A stretch of 63,381 nt of DNA, filler included, from Octopus bimaculoides (Eukaryota): the NCBI RefSeq assembly GCF_001194135.2. It is 5 parts of 3 records of this genome, joined end to end, with 100 filler letters (N's around TTAATTAATTAA, not from the genome) between each part and the next. Parts side by side here need not be neighbours in the genome. Positions count along the whole stretch, not along the records: positions 61,652 to 63,381 come from NC_068997.1; 4 more parts are not named here. One strand, written 5' to 3'. The notes below the pieces were generated by a model. The model was not told the DNA's origin. It saw nothing but the letters and a program-made list of their open reading frames with translations, and did no database searches. Positions 61,552 to 63,381 of this stretch are shown here, piece by piece (positions within the stretch are counted from its first letter, which is position 1; each line of letters starts with the position of its first letter). The translations under genes were made by a program, and so were the position numbers.

Positions 61552-61799
61552 NNNNNNNNNNNNNNNNNNNNNNNNNNNNNNNNNNNNNNNNNNNNTTAAT
61601 TAATTAANNNNNNNNNNNNNNNNNNNNNNNNNNNNNNNNNNNNNNNNNNNNATAGAAATATGTTACAAAAACAAAATAGAAACTACACGTGGAAATGTAA
61701 TGGGAAAGTAAGAAGAAAAATAAGCGAAAATGCACATTGGAAATCAAAAAACGTAAAGGCTTTTTATGAAAAGTAACGATATATATATATATATATACA

Positions 61800-62690
61800 A
61801 TTAGATGAACTGAGGTAGGAATAAAAGTAATAAAAGTCATTATTGTGAATTTGTTAAAGAGATTCAAAAGCATACCGGTTTCGTAATGTTACTAACCATT
61901 GCTTTGAATGCACACCGAATACTGAACGGTGTCAGGTCTACTAGTCCTTGAGCAAAAAGATTATATGTAAGGGAGGTAAGTAGTTCCGTATTTGGTGCAA
62001 TTAGGGTAGATCTAGATCTGTAATGTGAATGGTGTATGGGATGTAGGGGGTTAGTGGTATTAAATGAAAGATTGATAGTGTTCTATATTATGTTTTGTGT
62101 TCATATTTAGTTGTGGAAGATATTTATTGATGAAAGTTGCCTTTTTATTTATTCTTTGTTGTATTGAGGTGTTCTGTGAACATTGATAGAAGGGAAAATT
62201 TAGGAAATTAGGATTAAGATTCCTCGCACACCTTTCTATGTGTCCACTGACCTGTATCTGTCTGTATTGTGGGTGGCTACTAACTCGGAGGGTTTCCCAT
62301 GGAATCGCACATCTGGGTCTGGTATTAAACCAGTCATTTTATTTTTAAGCTTTGTGCTGGGGATATAAAATATTTTCCCATTAAACCCACTTAAGGCCAG
62401 GGCATTATTATGTTCCGTACATGTTTATTAAAAATTTCCTCACTTGCCGATAGATTCGACACCCTGATCGACATAGCAGTGACAATACTATCTATAGCTG
62501 ATTTTGGGTGGTTTGATGAGGCAGTGATATACTGAAGGAAAAAAGGGCAAAATAGATCCGTGTTCAAATCAAGGGTAACACCCAAGAAATTTAGTACCCC
62601 AGAATTAGGGTCGAATACAATGCTAAGGCCAAATTGCTTTTCCAAGAGTCGCCCCAAAGACTTCCTCAACATCTCAAGAGCCATTTTAGA
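61800..62690 (-). mobile_element. Penelope-like element RT C-terminal fragment with pLTR-like 3' end
   Basis: FGLSIVFD..VLNFLGVTLDL..YITASSNHPKS..IRVSNLSASEEIFNK (cf. NFLDVT..L, YI..SNHP, RLS.LSS.E..FN). Confidence 0.8.
61862..61909 (-). ncRNA. Decayed minimal hammerhead motif
   Basis: ATTCAAAGCA-ATGGTTA-GTAA(CA)TTAC-GAAA-CCGG-TA-TGCTTTTGAAT: stems I and II, palindromic ACCGGT and GUA triplet present; CUGAUGA replaced by AUGGUUA. Confidence 0.6.
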
Positions 62691-62719
62691 AGGGCCACTT
62701 CGCTACAACAAATATAACA

Positions 62720-62769
62720 CACAGGCACACATGTACACACACACCCGAAAACTACAGAAACCACACCCC

Positions 62770-62805
<36 letters not shown>

Positions 62806-63381
62806 CATACTCAGTACAAACATGCACAGTACGTACACGTACACACATACACACCACCCGGATAAACGTAGCACACACGGACACACACAGAACCCCTGAC
62901 AAATACAACACACTCACACACATACAGACCCACACACATACACACCCACATACATACATATGCACCCTCACACGTAGACCCTCACACATACATACGGATG
63001 CACACACACACACACACCACCGGGACAATTATAACACTACAAATATACAGTCAGAGACGCACACGCATACTCACGTACATGCACATAACATCCCTACCAA
63101 CACACACAAACATACACACGCACACACACAGACACACACACGAACAAACACATACACATACAAATACATGCACACACACAGCACCCTGACAAATACAAAT
63201 CACACACACACACACACACACACAAACGTGCACACATATACACGCACCATAAAACACACACATACACAGACCCATGCAAACATCACACTGAATTCTAAGA
63301 CCATTCAAAAAGACCCACAAACACAAGCACATATATATACACACACATACACATAGAAACGTGTACAGAGACACACACACA
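62720..63381. repeat. Long degenerate (CA)n low-complexity tract
   Basis: Directly visible to the window end. Confidence 0.92.

Overview
AT-rich, repeat-dense animal DNA with about 20 N-gaps. Octopus-type tRNA-derived SINEs, microsatellite density and the transposon mix point to a coleoid cephalopod, probably Octopus (inference, no database search). I could not recognise any intact host protein-coding gene, rRNA, tRNA gene or CRISPR array. The window is mostly decayed mobile elements: a Helitron relic, several mariner/Tc1 copies and MITEs, R4/Dong-type RLE retrotransposons sitting in (TAA)n microsatellites, RTE LINE fragments, an internally deleted Gypsy LTR element, Penelope-like fragments and two SINE families. 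Most interesting: (i) a co-oriented stack of R4/Dong fragments plus a ~510-bp non-coding element, each junction marked by (TAA)n, and a similar insertion into an Asn-codon run of a Penelope ORF; (ii) two minimal hammerhead-ribozyme-like motifs at Penelope 3' ends, one with an unusual CUGUUGA core; (iii) a CpG-rich promoter-like island at ~48 kb with an RFX X-box, YY1-like motifs and minus-strand splice donors, plus weak candidate exons downstream; (iv) palindrome-based minisatellites and long fold-back repeats. Boundaries and alignments were read by eye and are approximate.
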